Position numbers and translations under genes: made by a program. Positions 1 to 12,324 of a stretch of 64,000 nt of DNA are shown in pieces; the stretch's first letter is position 1, and the number at the start of each line of letters is the position of its first letter. The notes beneath the pieces were generated by a model. The model did not search any database and was not told the DNA's origin. It worked only from the letters and a program-made list of their open reading frames with translations. Source of the DNA: Octopus sinensis (taxonomy: Eukaryota). The stretch is from positions 48,918,001-48,982,000 of the forward strand of contig NC_042999.1 of assembly GCF_006345805.1 (NCBI RefSeq), written 5' to 3'.

Positions 1-386
1 ATATGCATGTGTGTTTTGTGTGCGTGTGTGTGTGTGTGTGGTACTTTCCAATGTGCATGTTGCAGAGACGAGGAGAAAAAGTCAACCGTTCCTCATGAAT
101 AAAAAGCTTTTCTATTTTTTTGTTTTTGCAGTAATTTTTGAGATCCAAAGCTTTTTGTAGACACACTTCAGAAGATCTATTATGAAAAGAAAATTAAGTG
201 GGAGAATATCTGAGCTTCGAGAAACACAAACGCGTTAAGTAAAGTCAGTGTAGGAGTGGTGACGTTTTAGCTGAAGTTTAATAGAATTTTGTGTCATTGG
301 CAGGAAAACACGAATGTAATCGAACACTCTACTTCCAACATTTTCCATCCCATGTAACTATTACTCAACTGTTATCGAGTAATTTA

Positions 387-618
387 AGGCGGCGAGCTGG
401 CAGAAATGTTAGCACGCCGGGCGAAATGCTTAGCGGTATTTCGTCTGTCTTTACGTTCTGAGTTCAAATTCCGCCGTGGTCGACTTTGCCTTTCATCCTT
501 TCGGGGTCAATTAAATAAGTACCAGTTACGCACTGGGGTCGATATAATCAACTTAATCCGTTTGTGTGTCCTTGTTTGTCCTCTCTGTGTTTAGCCCCTT
601 GTGGGTAGTAAAGAAATA
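387..618 (+). mobile_element. tRNA-derived SINE, family A (central GCCTTTCATCCTTTCGGGGTCGATAAA domain, resembles the Meta-type SINE core)
   Basis: A-box-like head AGGCGGCGAGCTGGCAGAA, B-box-like GAGTTCAAATTCC, tail AAAGAAATA; the same sequence recurs about 10 times in the window. Confidence 0.85.
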
Positions 619-1265
619 TGTATGCTAACGCAACTTCCACGGTACATTACGAGTCTGAATTTCTATATTACTTGAATTTCTATATGAAATGCAGGTCTCC
701 AGTAAAGTTTAGTGAATAATTTAATGATTAACCACTCCTGTAAACGTATCTAAACAGCAACGACTAACGAGCAAAAATAAATATACAGCCATGTCTATGT
801 GGCTCTTATGAAAAGAAATATTTATACATCTTATTAGCTAAATGCGGTTGTTTTTCAAGTTTTATTATTTTTGTGCTGTTTTTGCGCTTCTATGCTTTTG
901 TATATATTTTAAGTAGCTTTTCATATGAAACTCCGTCACTAATAGCAGCGTGTAGTTTTTTTCTTTTTTTTTTCTCATTTCAAGTATTTTGTTTTGTTAA
1001 CATTCAATCAAAAATCATTTATTAAAAGAAAATGTATTTCAATTATCTGTGTCCAGACGTCTATGAATTGCTCTTTCTTTAACTTTGTTTTTGTTTTTTT
1101 TCCTTTTACTCTTCAAATTTCTTCACAAAATGATCACCGGTCTCCAACCAGGAAAAAAATAACAAAAACTAACTAGACTATTTCGTGTTCTGTGTGTGTA
1201 TGCACGTGCGCTTGTGTGCGCGTGCGGTGCGTATGTCAGTGTGTGTCTGTAGGTGCGTCTGTATC

Positions 1266-1300
<35 letters not shown>

Positions 1301-1585
1301 TACACGTATAAGCACACAAATAGCAAGTATACACACGTACGCACATATGTATATACTTTATACTAACAAGTGTGTGCCTACGGATTCTCTTCTTTATATT
1401 TGATGAGAGGATATCCATGTTTATTTGTCTTTTTCCTTTCATTATTCTCTATGTTCCATTTCGAATTTCGTAATAAGATTAGTTGCGCAAACAGCATTTT
1501 AACATTATTGCTATCTACTGGTGTATTCACCAATCTCTATTGTCATTCTATCTTTTCCTCTTCCTTAATCCGTTTACTTCTTTCT

Positions 1586-1638
<53 letters not shown>

Positions 1639-2039
1639 CTATCTATCAATCTATATTTCTCTATCTCTCTTTTCTCCTCCTTCCTTATCTCTCTCACTCT
1701 CCCCTCTCTCTATCTTTGTCTTCAGTTCTCACTGCCATTATATCATTATTTCCGTTTCCCTGTATATTGTTTGTCATCTACGTTTAGTCATTGTAAGCTA
1801 ATCATGAAAGTTAATGTCCTTAGAGTTTAAAAGCGCCGAAACTATGCTGATTCTGGTCTGCATGACGTACGAGAGGACATCTACTCTTATTTGTCGTTTT
1901 CTGGTTATCAATTTAGGTCCATTTTTACTATATATGCATACATCGCAGACGTGCACACACATGCACACATACACACACACATATACACACACATGCATAG
2001 AATTCGAAGTACGTAGAAATATGTATGCATATGCACGTG

Positions 2040-2230
2040 ACCTCGTGTGTACCGTCGGCGATTTTTTTTCCTCTGTCTTCCCTTCTCTGGATCTTTCCTT
2101 CTCCTATGTTTCCTACGAAGAGCTCCGCTCGAAACGTTAAACCCTCCTTCTTTCCTTCTTTCCTGAGCGTCTAATAATACTATATTTGTTCCACGTCCTC
2201 GCGTTGTTGTGTTATTTTGTGCTTCTTGTT
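2040..2230 (+). mobile_element. PLE-type terminal repeat with a damaged hammerhead motif (2108-2142)
   Basis: GTTT-CCTACGA-A-GAGC-TCC-GCTC-GAAA-CGTT-AAAC; homologous to 51040-51245, which keeps the intact CTGACGA core. Confidence 0.65.
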
Positions 2231-2239
2231 TGGATTAAC

Positions 2240-2272
<33 letters not shown>

Positions 2273-2274
2273 AA

Positions 2275-2329
<55 letters not shown>

Positions 2330-3114
2330 CGGAGATGTACTTGCATAGCAAGTGACCTGATCTCGGATCGTGTGATGAAACCAAAACATTTGCCAAAATA
2401 TTTTCGTTGCTTTGAGACCGCGACCTGTACACTGACAAAATTCCTTGCGTATCTGAGAAAGTAACACTTAGTTCATGATATATATATACGTATGTATGTA
2501 TACATGTATCTATGCGCGTATGTATGTGTGTACGTATGTACATATGTGTATATGTATGTGAGTATGCATATATGTACATGCCTATGCGTGGGTGCATGTC
2601 TATACACATGTATGCATGTACGTATTACGTACGTACCTATGTATGTATGTGAGTATTTAGGTATTTAAGTGTGTATGGGGAATAAAAATTTTGAAATACC
2701 GATTTTTTTGCATATTCGAAATCTTTTCAGTTGAAAAAGTGGATTTCTGTAGAAAAAGCACCCACTCAAAATTCTAAAGGCGGTGCGGTCCTTGTGCTTT
2801 ACCTCCTCCGTCCAGGGCTTTAAGAACGCCTCATAAACCCCTCATAACATTATATTTTTTTTTTTGGAATTTCCAGACAATTTTTGCTAATTTGTATTCT
2901 ACACGTGGAATTTCATACGATTATGCAAAAGAACCAAAAAAAAAAGAATAAATTGTAGGGGTGTGTGATTGAAGGCCTATTAAGCTGTTAGTTTTAGCAA
3001 ACCTCACGACCACTTCAATAACAAATAGAAAACAAGTAAATAACACGTATTTTATAGATTTCGGCAGTCAATATGCATTTAATGTGATAAACAGCATGTT
3101 ACAATTAAATATTT

Positions 3115-3427
3115 CTCAGCCTACTCGTGAAATTAACGTGCAAGTGGCTGACCACTCCACAGAAACGTGTACCCTAAACATAGTTCTCGGGGAGATTTAG
3201 CGTGACAAGGCTGGCCTTTTGAAATTCAGGTACAACAGTAACAGGAAGAAAGAGTGAGAGAAATTTGTGGTGAAAGAGTACAGCAGGTTTCGCACCACCC
3301 GCTGCCGGAGTTTCATGGGTCTTTAGGTGTTTTCGCTCAATAAATATTAACAACGCCCGGTCTGAGAATCGAAACCACGGTCCCGTGACCGGAAGCCAGC
3401 TACCCTAAGCTCAGGGCCATTGCGTCT
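3115..3427 (-). mobile_element. tRNA-derived SINE, family C
   Basis: Reverse complement begins with a tRNA-like head (GGTTTCGATTCTCAGACC); homologous to 22775-23160 and 57820-58172. Confidence 0.75.
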
Positions 3428-3456
3428 ATGTGTGTGTGTAATATATATATACTATT

Positions 3457-3873
3457 TTATCAGTGTTAGCTGAAAGCTATGGCCATGATGGGGCACCACC
3501 GTTTCGCTACACTGTTATTATTGAGAGCCTCCTCTGATATGTGGCATTTTGTGAATCAGTGAGTTTGATGTCGCTGCTCTCTTTTGCACTCCAGCCACGA
3601 GGTAGGTTCATCTGGGAGTCTCGATAGGAAGAGATCCAGTTCTGATTTGAAAATACCTACATCCAGTTTGTGTAGGTCGCTAAGGCTCTTTCAAAGAATA
3701 TTGACAAGCTGTGTGCCACTGAAACCCAGGTTGTTGCAGTAACGGGTCCTGATGCGTGACAGCATTGCTGGGATCTTTGTCACTGTGCAGTGTTCACCCG
3801 TCCTGGCATTTTTGTAGCTTTCAATTCCAAAATTTGCCACAATCCCTTCCAGGATCTTCCAGATGTATATTAC
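3457..3873 (-). mobile_element. 5'-truncated CR1-like LINE 3' fragment, same family as 52111-56667
   Basis: Minus strand reads IYIWKILEGIVANFGIESYKNARTG...ELDLFLSRLPDEPTS, matching the translation of 56090-56575; ends in GGTGGTGCCCCATCATGGCCATAGCTTTCAGCTA. Confidence 0.85.
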
Positions 3874-3949
3874 TGTATATGTGTCACATATGTATATATA
3901 TGTAATATATATGATACATATATTATAATATATAATTCTTTCTACTGTA

Positions 3950-4145
3950 GGAACAAGGCCAGAAAATTTAAGGGATGAGATAATCGATTAGTTGGACCCC
4001 AGCGCTCAACTGGTACTCATTTCATCGACCCGGAAAGGATGAAAGGCAAAGTCGACCTCAGCAGAATTTTAACTCTGAACGCAGCGGCATACGAAATACC
4101 ACTAAGCTTTTCGCTCGACATGCTAACGATTCAGCTAGCACACCA
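3950..4145 (-). mobile_element. Degenerate SINE family A
   Basis: ATCGACCCGGAAAGGATGAAAGGCAAAGTCGACCTC core in reverse orientation. Confidence 0.75.
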
Positions 4146-4202
4146 CTTTATATATAATATATAGTATATATATATATATGTACATAATATGCATATAATA
4201 CG

Positions 4203-4255
<53 letters not shown>

Positions 4256-4424
4256 AGCGGGACCAGCCATCTGAATGTGGCTAGGGACAGGGCGGGGTGG
4301 TGGGGGTGTTACTGATGCATTTAGCCCCAGGCGACTATAGACGTCATCAGGAGAGCCGACACCATCACGGTGTCCTTGCTAGCCTGTAAAGGGAGAATGG
4401 CCTCCCCGAAGATACGGATGCTAC

Positions 4425-4464
4425 ACACGGACCGGTTTCGAGGTATTGCCTCTCGTCAGCGCAT
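4425..4464 (-). ncRNA. Minimal type I hammerhead ribozyme, canonical core
   Basis: AUGCG-CUGACGA-GAGG-CAAUA-CCUC-GAAA-CCGGUC^CGUGU. Confidence 0.85.
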
Positions 4465-4731
4465 GGCAAACACCGTTCTTCGTTGAGGGACTTCCTCTAC
4501 AGGCTAGAAATATATAGATTTTCACTGTAAACACAGTCACTGGCGTCGAAAATCTGTTCGATAACAATAATAAATCTCTAAGCGAGGTATGAACAGTAAC
4601 TGCTCTGTAATATAAGCGGGACCAGCCATCTGAATGTGGCTAGGGACAGGGCGGGGTGGTGGGGGTGTTACTGATGCATTTAGCCCCAGGCGACTATAGA
4701 CGTCGTCCCTCAACGAAGAACGGTGTTTGCC

Positions 4732-4771
4732 ATGCGCTGACGAGAGGCAATACCTCGAAACCGGTCCGTGT
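4732..4771 (+). ncRNA. Minimal type I hammerhead ribozyme, canonical core
   Basis: Same motif on the plus strand; palindromic stem III ACCGGU; predicted cleavage after GUC at 4766. Confidence 0.85.
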
Positions 4772-4990
4772 GTAGCATCCGTATCTTCGGGGAGGCTGAT
4801 CTCCCTTTACAGGCTAGCAAGGACACCGTGATGGTGTCGGCTCTCCTGGTGACGTCTATAGTCGCCTGGGGCTAAATGCATCAGTAACACCCCCACCACC
4901 CCGCCCTGTCCCTAGCCACATTCAGATGGCTGGTCCCGCTTATATTACAGAGCAGTTACTGTTTATACCTCGCTTAGAGATTTATTATTG

Positions 4991-5038
<48 letters not shown>

Positions 5039-5124
5039 GTGTATATATATGTATAAATGTATGTATGTATGTATGTAACAAATATATAATATATGTGTGT
5101 GTATATAATACATATATACTTTTA

Positions 5125-5367
5125 TTCTTTTACTTGTTTCATGCATTTGACAGCAGCAATACTGGAGCACCGCCTTTATTCGAAAGAATTGACCCCAAGA
5201 ATTATTCTTAGTAAGCCCGGTACTTATCCTATCGTAACCTCTTTGCCAAACGACTAAGTGACCGGGATGTAAAGACACCAACATCGGTTGTCAAGCGATG
5301 GTGGGGAGACAAACTCAGTCACAAATAACAAATATATACATATATATATGCATGTATATATATATAT

Positions 5368-5429
<62 letters not shown>

Positions 5430-5589
5430 CGACTGGTTTCTTTCAGTTTCCGTCTAACAAATCCACTCACAAGACTTTGATTGGCGCGAGGCTACAATAG
5501 AAACACTTGCTCAACATGTCACGCAGTAGGCCTGAACCAGGGACCATGTAGTTGGGAAGCCAGCTTCTGACCACACATCCACTCCTGCG

Positions 5590-5590
<1 letters not shown>
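5125..5590 (-). mobile_element. tRNA-derived SINE, family B (OR-type/CORE-like) with an internal (TA)n tract
   Basis: Head GGCGCAGGAGTGG..GTGTGGT..GGTTCAG, CORE-like GAGCAAGTGTTTCT, tail GGCGGTGCTCCAG..AAATG..GAAACAAGTAAAAGA. Confidence 0.85.
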
Positions 5591-5639
<49 letters not shown>

Positions 5640-5647
<8 letters not shown>

Positions 5648-5830
5648 ACAAGAACGTAATGGAGGACGACAATAAAAACACACGGACAGATGGACGATAC
5701 AAAGACGGACAGGTAAACCAGGATGGAACATTCGTGGCTTTCTATTCATTAGTCAAGCTTCCACACATCATTACAATTTCTTTCTGTTACACTTGAGACT
5801 GTTCAAAATTGGTAGGCCACTAAAATCTAA
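5640..5830 (-). mobile_element. Decayed terminal-repeat fragment, homologous to 9080-9275 (+)
   Basis: Shared GACTRA.GA.TAGAAAG...CCATCCTGGTTTA..CTGTCCG..TGTTTT.TTGTCG blocks; the 9080 copy has an eroded GTCT..GTCGAAACTGCA..AGAC hammerhead-like remnant. Confidence 0.45.
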
Positions 5831-6129
5831 GCTAAGGGCATTAAATTTTGGGAAGAAAGCGAACGAATATGTGCGGCAACGCAGTTTTAAAAAGAACGAG
5901 AAAACGGAGAAAATGTTACACGATTAGAAATAGACAAGAATAACACAAGAATAACACAAGAATAACAACAGGTGTCTTTCGACTAAAAGGGTAAGTTAAG
6001 TTAAGCTGGCGTGTGAAGTGGAAGCGTTGCGAGGGAGAGAAAGACGGAGAGAGAGAGATGGAAAGAGAGAAATAAATGGTGAGGATAGAGGAGAGGGGGA
6101 GATAGTGGTAAGTCTTGACTTGCTTTGAC

Positions 6130-6700
6130 ATTTATGTGCACATGTTGGGTTGTTGAGTGTAGGTCATTGGTTTGACCTTAGGTACAGCAGGCACTTCCTC
6201 AGCGAGTTCAGATGTAGGGCAAAGAAACAAATTTTTTTAGATGTTGAAGGTTGGAAGTTCTTTGTCTGAGTTGACAAGAGATGTTCCTTAAGGGTTCGGG
6301 ATAATTGGGTGGCACTTATATGTTGCTGGTGTTTGTACGCATCCAGTGGTTTCAGTTACTTTTGATTACCATGTGGCAAGAAAACTGTATATACTCATTA
6401 AGGAAATATCGAATCAAGCACTTATCGCATTTTGCGTATTTCTTCCATTGAGTTAAAATTATTTGGTGATATAACCTAAGAATATAATGGTATTTTGTGT
6501 AGTTCATTTACGAAGTCCTTCTATTGTTCAATTAGATGCAAATGATAGTTAGTATTTCTTTGTATAGTAATGTTCCGTTCGAGTCCTAAGAAGGATACTC
6601 TAATTTGATGTTTACATGATACAATTACCTTGCGAATGCCAATTATGTGGCATTTGTATGTAATAAGCTCCTCTACACATAAGTTGCACACTCACGATAT
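6130..6700 (-). mobile_element. Decayed Penelope-like RT C-terminal/thumb fragment
   Basis: Minus-strand remnants such as PFLGLE and FVSLPYI-ELAEEV..QQPN; multiple stops. Confidence 0.4.
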
Positions 6701-7005
6701 TCTACTATATGGTCAATCTTTCTTTTCTTCATTTTTTTTTCTTTGTTCATTATAGACCAGTTAGTTGTATGTTCCACCCCATGCCGTTTGAACCTGTAGG
6801 TGAGGTTTGATAATGATGTGCAGTATTTTTCGGTCCATATTACTATATTTATCCTACTTTGTATCTGCTTACCTCGGTATGATCCCATAAAACTGCTGTT
6901 GCAGCCTGGAATCATTAAGCCGTAGCCAACATGATAAAATAGGAGCTTTTACACGCGAACTCAAGATGTTTCCCGTAAACGAACTGAACGGATATATGTG
7001 TTTAG

Positions 7006-7007
<2 letters not shown>

Positions 7008-7088
<81 letters not shown>

Positions 7089-7097
7089 GAGCTAGAG

Positions 7098-7173
<76 letters not shown>

Positions 7174-7340
7174 GGATGGATGGATGGATGGATGGATATT
7201 GTTACGTATGTAGGTATACAGAAATAACTATGCATAAGAATTAAGCGAAGAGAAAGAAGGCAAAGAAGAAGGAGGTGAAGAAGAAAGTGAAGAAAAAGAA
7301 AACGAAGAAGAAAGCGAAGAAGAAGAAGAAGAAGAAGAAG
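7008..7340 (+). repeat. (GATA)n, (GATG)n and (GAA)n-rich microsatellites
   Basis: Directly visible. Confidence 0.95.
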
Positions 7341-7849
7341 TTATATGCGTAAATACATATATGTCCTGTATATATATGTATGTATGTAGGTAGGTAGGTA
7401 TGCTTGCATGCATGTATGTATCTATACACCGATGTATGCATGCATTGGAAATAAATAAATGAATTGGTGAATAGATAGCGGAATGACTGGATAGAAAGAT
7501 GGATGGATATATTCAGTGACTTACGAATTTCTATACAGAACTCAAGCTGGTTGTTAACAAAGTGTCATGACTTCATTTTGTGAGCCAAAATATATTTCAG
7601 AAATTTATGTATGCGATTCAGTTAGAGCATGCGTATATGTAACGTATACAAGCGGCTATACTTGCACTGATATACCGTATAAAATTTATTAAATGTTTTA
7701 AGTGTAGGCGTAGGAGTGGCTGTGTGGTAAGTAGCTTGCTTACTAACCACATGGTTTCCGGGTTCAGTCCCACTGCGTGGTACCTTGAGCAAGATATTTT
7801 ATGAAAGAGCGTGGGTAAAACCGAAACAGTGCGAAGTAAATGCAAGTTA

Positions 7850-8830
7850 AATCACAAGAAAATAAATATATGAATTATTGTAGGCTTACCTTGTTTTCAA
7901 TATTTCGAGGTTATGACCCCATTTTCAAGAAATAGACGAATTTTGCCGATGTACGTGTGTGTGAGCGTGTGTTGAGTGGACATGCCCGGTAATATGTTGC
8001 TATAGCAACCAGCTAGCTTCCTGTAACTCTCTTCTCTTGTTGATTTTGGGTTTCTTTTGGTGTATGAAGATGGCCTCAGAGATTCAAAGTGTTCCCCAGT
8101 TCCTCTGTTTTGCTTTGGTGCGCACTGTGAAATCTCGGGTCTGGCATTTCAGAAGTGTCTGCCTACATGTGTTCCTTAATGCGTATAAGCGGCTTTCTTG
8201 TGCTTCCTATAAAGGATGCACCACATTTGCCCAGATGATCCCATATGCAACATAGGTCCTCTGGTACAATTCGGGGTCATTGATGGGACAGCTTGACAAT
8301 GTTCACTCCTCGGAGAAGTGAAAGGTGTTGCTCTTGGACAGAGCTTTTCAGAGTGTACACTATGTGTATGTCGAGTCCTTCCCTGCCGACTGCATGTTGT
8401 ATCACTGCAGTAGTTCTGTCGTCAAATTGTGGCAAGAAAACTGTATATACTCATTAAGGAAAACATGCAGACAGACACTTCTGTGAAGAAGCACCTACTG
8501 AACTGCCAGACACGAGAATTCACGGTGCACCTCAAGGCAACACAGAGGAACAGGGGTAAAATGAGAATCTCTGAAGCTATCCTCATACACCAAAAGAAAC
8601 CCACGACCAACAAGAGAAGAGAGTTACAGGAAGCTAGCTATTTCTTATAGCAAGGTATTTCCCCGCATGCCCATTCCACACACGCTCACACACACGCAAA
8701 CCGTCAACATTTGCTTATTTCTTGAAAATGGGGTCATAACCTCCCTCGAAATATTGAATACAAGGTTAGCCTGAATTAATTCACATATTTGTTTTCCTGT
8801 GATTTACCTAGCATTTACTTCGCACTATTT
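7850..8830. mobile_element. Penelope-like GIY-YIG 3' end in fold-back arrangement (minus arm 7850-8420, plus arm 8428-8830)
   Basis: Minus arm reads GKCGASFIGSTRKPLIRIKEH; plus arm reads LYILIKE..KKHLLNC..RISEAILIHQKKPTTNKRREL; the arms are diverged reverse complements. Confidence 0.8.
7895..7932 (-). ncRNA. Minimal hammerhead-like motif, U3-A8 core variant
   Basis: UUUC-UUGAAAA-U-GGGGU-CAUA-ACCUC-GAAA-UAUU^GAAA; second copy at 8718-8759 (+) has a 4-nt duplication in stem II. Confidence 0.65.
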
Positions 8831-8865
8831 TGGCCTTACAATATACAATATATATATATACACAC

Positions 8866-8896
<31 letters not shown>

Positions 8897-8940
8897 CACA
8901 CAATATATATACAATATATATACAATATATATACCATATA

Positions 8941-8975
<35 letters not shown>

Positions 8976-8983
8976 ATATATAT

Positions 8984-9077
<94 letters not shown>

Positions 9078-9904
9078 GTGCACTTAGCTTAGATTTGCTT
9101 GGGGCCGGCCAGAGTAGATCAGTCTCGTGACTAACCTGTCGAAACTGCAAAAGACGATCTGTTTCTCGACTGAAGATTGAAAGTTCTGAATATCCCGTCA
9201 TTGTTTATTCCTGCCCTTTTTTGAGTCACCTACTGTCCGCATGTTTTGTTGTCGCCTGTTACGCTCTTCTTCCATTTTTTGTTTTGATTTTATATATATA
9301 TATTATATATATATATATATACATAAATCTGTGTATATCCATTTATTTATATACATATAGTTTATATGTGTGTGAGCGTTTTGTGTGTGAATGTATGCGT
9401 GTGTTCGTGCGTGCGTGTGTGTGCGTATGTGTGAGAAAATTACATTAAAAATAACATAAAAAAACAAAATGAATTCAAATTGTGGTTCTTAATTTACTGC
9501 ACAATGGTAAGGAAAATGGATGAGTTGTTGACGTCTTAGGCTGTTGCCTTTTAGCGGAATATGAAACAGATAGAAAAAAGGGTAAGTATATGCAAAGGAA
9601 GGAAAAAGAAAAAGAAAAAAGGCAGGCACACAAATATAAATGCACACAAATTACATATGTACGGCGGAGGTGGTGGGCAGAACATTTCCTGCCTTTTAAG
9701 GATGTCGCGAAAGGACTAGTTAGAAGCCCAATCTTCCGAATTCTTTTGCGGGATTTAGAAAAAAAAATGAATGACTGCTGCAATAAGTGTGCGAACCTAA
9801 GAGGGGAATGTGTTGAATTTTTTAGCCAAACTCAGGAACTTTTGATTGCGTATGAGAATGTGCGTATGCGAATGCGTATGTGCGCGCGCGCGTTTATGTA
9901 TATG

Positions 9905-9957
<53 letters not shown>

Positions 9958-9989
9958 TTTAAGTAATGAGAGTGACAAATTTAATAGTA

Positions 9990-10260
9990 ATTTAATTAAC
10001 ACGAATTTAAAACCAGTAGCCTAACATATAGAAAAATCTGAAAATTAAGAAAATTTGTATTAGAGGCGTATAAGAAGGCTGACCACTAAGTGGACATCCA
10101 ATATGCTAGAAGTTGATCACCTACGATCTAACCACAAAGAAAAGAATGTTCTCTAGAAAAAATCACCAAACATCAGGACATAAGCGGGTAAGACACGAAA
10201 ATACACAAAATAAAGAATTAATCGTAGACCGATTTCGCCATTAACGATTTTACTTACGTA
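9990..10260 (-). mobile_element. PLE-type terminal fragment related to the 11.5-12.7 kb repeat unit, with an eroded HHR remnant at 10223-10258
   Basis: AATTTAAAACCAGTAGCCTAACAT..AATATGCTAGA similar to the array unit; minus strand has GGC-GAAA-UCGGUC-UACG. Confidence 0.5.
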
Positions 10261-10272
10261 ACACATACATAC

Positions 10273-10319
<47 letters not shown>

Positions 10320-10648
10320 TGTTTGTGTATGTATATGTGTATGTATAGTACTATCACAAACCAGTATGAGCGCAAGGAAGCATAATCAAACTGCTGACAA
10401 AAACGGCACCACTGATACACACTCTATCAACATACCAGAATTTCTTTTCACGCGTTCAATTATGAATCACGATAAGCTTTGAGACTTGGGTTCGGTGGTT
10501 TTTGCTTTTTTCTTTCTTGATTTCTCTCAGATTGTGTATTTGCGATAACGACAACATGAAAAAGAATAGCTGTAAAAGAATGAACGAAGCGAGACATCAA
10601 ACAGGGTATTGAAAAGAATTGCGGTAAGAGAAGAGAGAGAGAGAGAAA

Positions 10649-10699
<51 letters not shown>

Positions 10700-11204
10700 A
10701 TGGCAGTATCAAATAATTAATACCCGATGTCAGCAAATGTATTGATATACAAACTGCCGTTTTTCATCGAATGCTTCAGAGTATCTGTAGACGTGAAGAA
10801 GCAAGCAAGTGCTCTGGGCTTGCATACATATATGAACCTTATCGAGCTGTTCTCCAGAGGGACATTGTTGTCGTAACCACGCAGTTTATTTATGTATTAT
10901 CCATACACAACGAGATTCTCCTGTTTGTTAGTTTATAGAATGTTCAAACACTTGCAAGTTAATTCGATGAACACGCGATATATATGAGTGAACAAGCAGA
11001 TCACAATTGTTGAAATAATTGATCCTCGTACGTTCACACACATGCGCGAGCACCCGATGTTTGTAAAATATAAATGCAAGTGTGTATAGCACTTATAATG
11101 CATATACACACGTGAAATGGTCCTAGCTATAATAATTCCTCTGAAAGAGTATTACGTATTAAATATGCATGCCCTCATTGAGGAATCTTGCGGATCGCGA
11201 GACA

Positions 11205-11239
<35 letters not shown>

Positions 11240-11241
<2 letters not shown>

Positions 11242-11300
11242 AAGTTTGACAACGCCACTATATAATCTTATATAGTGGCGTTTTCAAACTTCTTTTTTTT
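11240..11300. repeat. Short fold-back hairpin
   Basis: AAGTTTGACAACGCCACTATATA-ATCT-TATATAGTGGCGTTTTCAAACTT. Confidence 0.85.
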
Positions 11301-11341
11301 ATAATATATACCCACTCGTATACGATCTACACTTATTATAA

Positions 11342-11399
<58 letters not shown>

Positions 11400-11441
11400 C
11401 ACACACACATATATGTATATATGTTTCCGTACTCTTATATA

Positions 11442-11519
<78 letters not shown>

Positions 11520-11761
11520 AAAATTAAGGGTAGAAATTGATATTAGTCAATTAAAACCAGTGGTCTAGCACATTAAAAAGAATCCGAAGATTTATATATA
11601 CCAATTAAGGACTGAACACGAAAAGGTGGACAGTCAACATGCTAGATATAGACGTCAAATCGCCATTCTCCACAAAGATTATGTTCTCAAATAAAAATAA
11701 AATTCAGCACGACCTAAAGCAATGGATGAGACAAAAGAAATATACTAAATGGAATAATTAC

Positions 11762-11821
11762 CTACGTACTGCAGTTTCAGCTATTAATATCACAAGGATA
11801 TCTGTAGCTTCATCAGCGTAG
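11762..11821 (-). ncRNA. Type I hammerhead ribozyme, canonical core
   Basis: CUACG-CUGAUGA-AGCUA-(21 nt)-UAGCU-GAAA-CUGCAGUA^CGUAG. Confidence 0.85.
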
Positions 11822-12264
11822 TTTGTTATGAGCATAATATGCTGTACTAGATGAAAAACGGTACCGGAGTCCCGCATGCAAAAAGTACAACCTATTACGT
11901 TCGGATGTATCTTTCGAATGCCTCTACTTTTGGCGCGCTGATAATCGAAAAACTAGCCTGCAGCCAATAATTAGCAGCAGTCAATTTATCGGTTTGAGAC
12001 AATTATTTCATATTTAAAAATTAAGGGTAGAAATTGATATTAGTCAATTAAAACCAGTGGTCTAGCACATTAAAAAGAATCCGAAGATTAAAATATTTAT
12101 ATATACCAATTAAGGACTGAACACGAAAAGGTGGACAGTCAACATGCTAGATATAGACGTCAAATCGCCATTCTCCACAAAGATTATGTTCTCAAATAAA
12201 AATAATTCAGCACGACCTAAAGCAATGGATGAGACAAAAGAAATATACTAAATAGAATAATTAC

Positions 12265-12324
12265 CTACGTACTGCAGTTTCAGCTATTAATATCACAAGG
12301 ATATCTGTAGCTTCATCAGCGTAG
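12265..12324 (-). ncRNA. Type I hammerhead ribozyme, second tandem copy
   Basis: Identical motif 503 nt from the first. Confidence 0.85.

Larger units (their letters stand above)
4251..4993. mobile_element. GC-rich 359-bp-period repeat: 1.26 tandem units (4251-4704) plus an inverted copy (4705-4993), hammerhead-containing
   Basis: ATATAAGCGGGACCAGCC recurs at 4251 and 4610; 4705-4993 is the reverse complement of the unit; (TA)n on both flanks. Confidence 0.9.

Noticed and set aside
114-240. Strong splice-acceptor-like site TTTTTTTGTTTTTGCAG
   Set aside because: All three downstream frames hit stops quickly; no supporting evidence.
406-594. ORFs overlapping SINEs (also 20366-20770, 22768-23076, 27963-28448, 30503-30962)
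   Set aside because: Chance open frames in non-coding SINE sequence.
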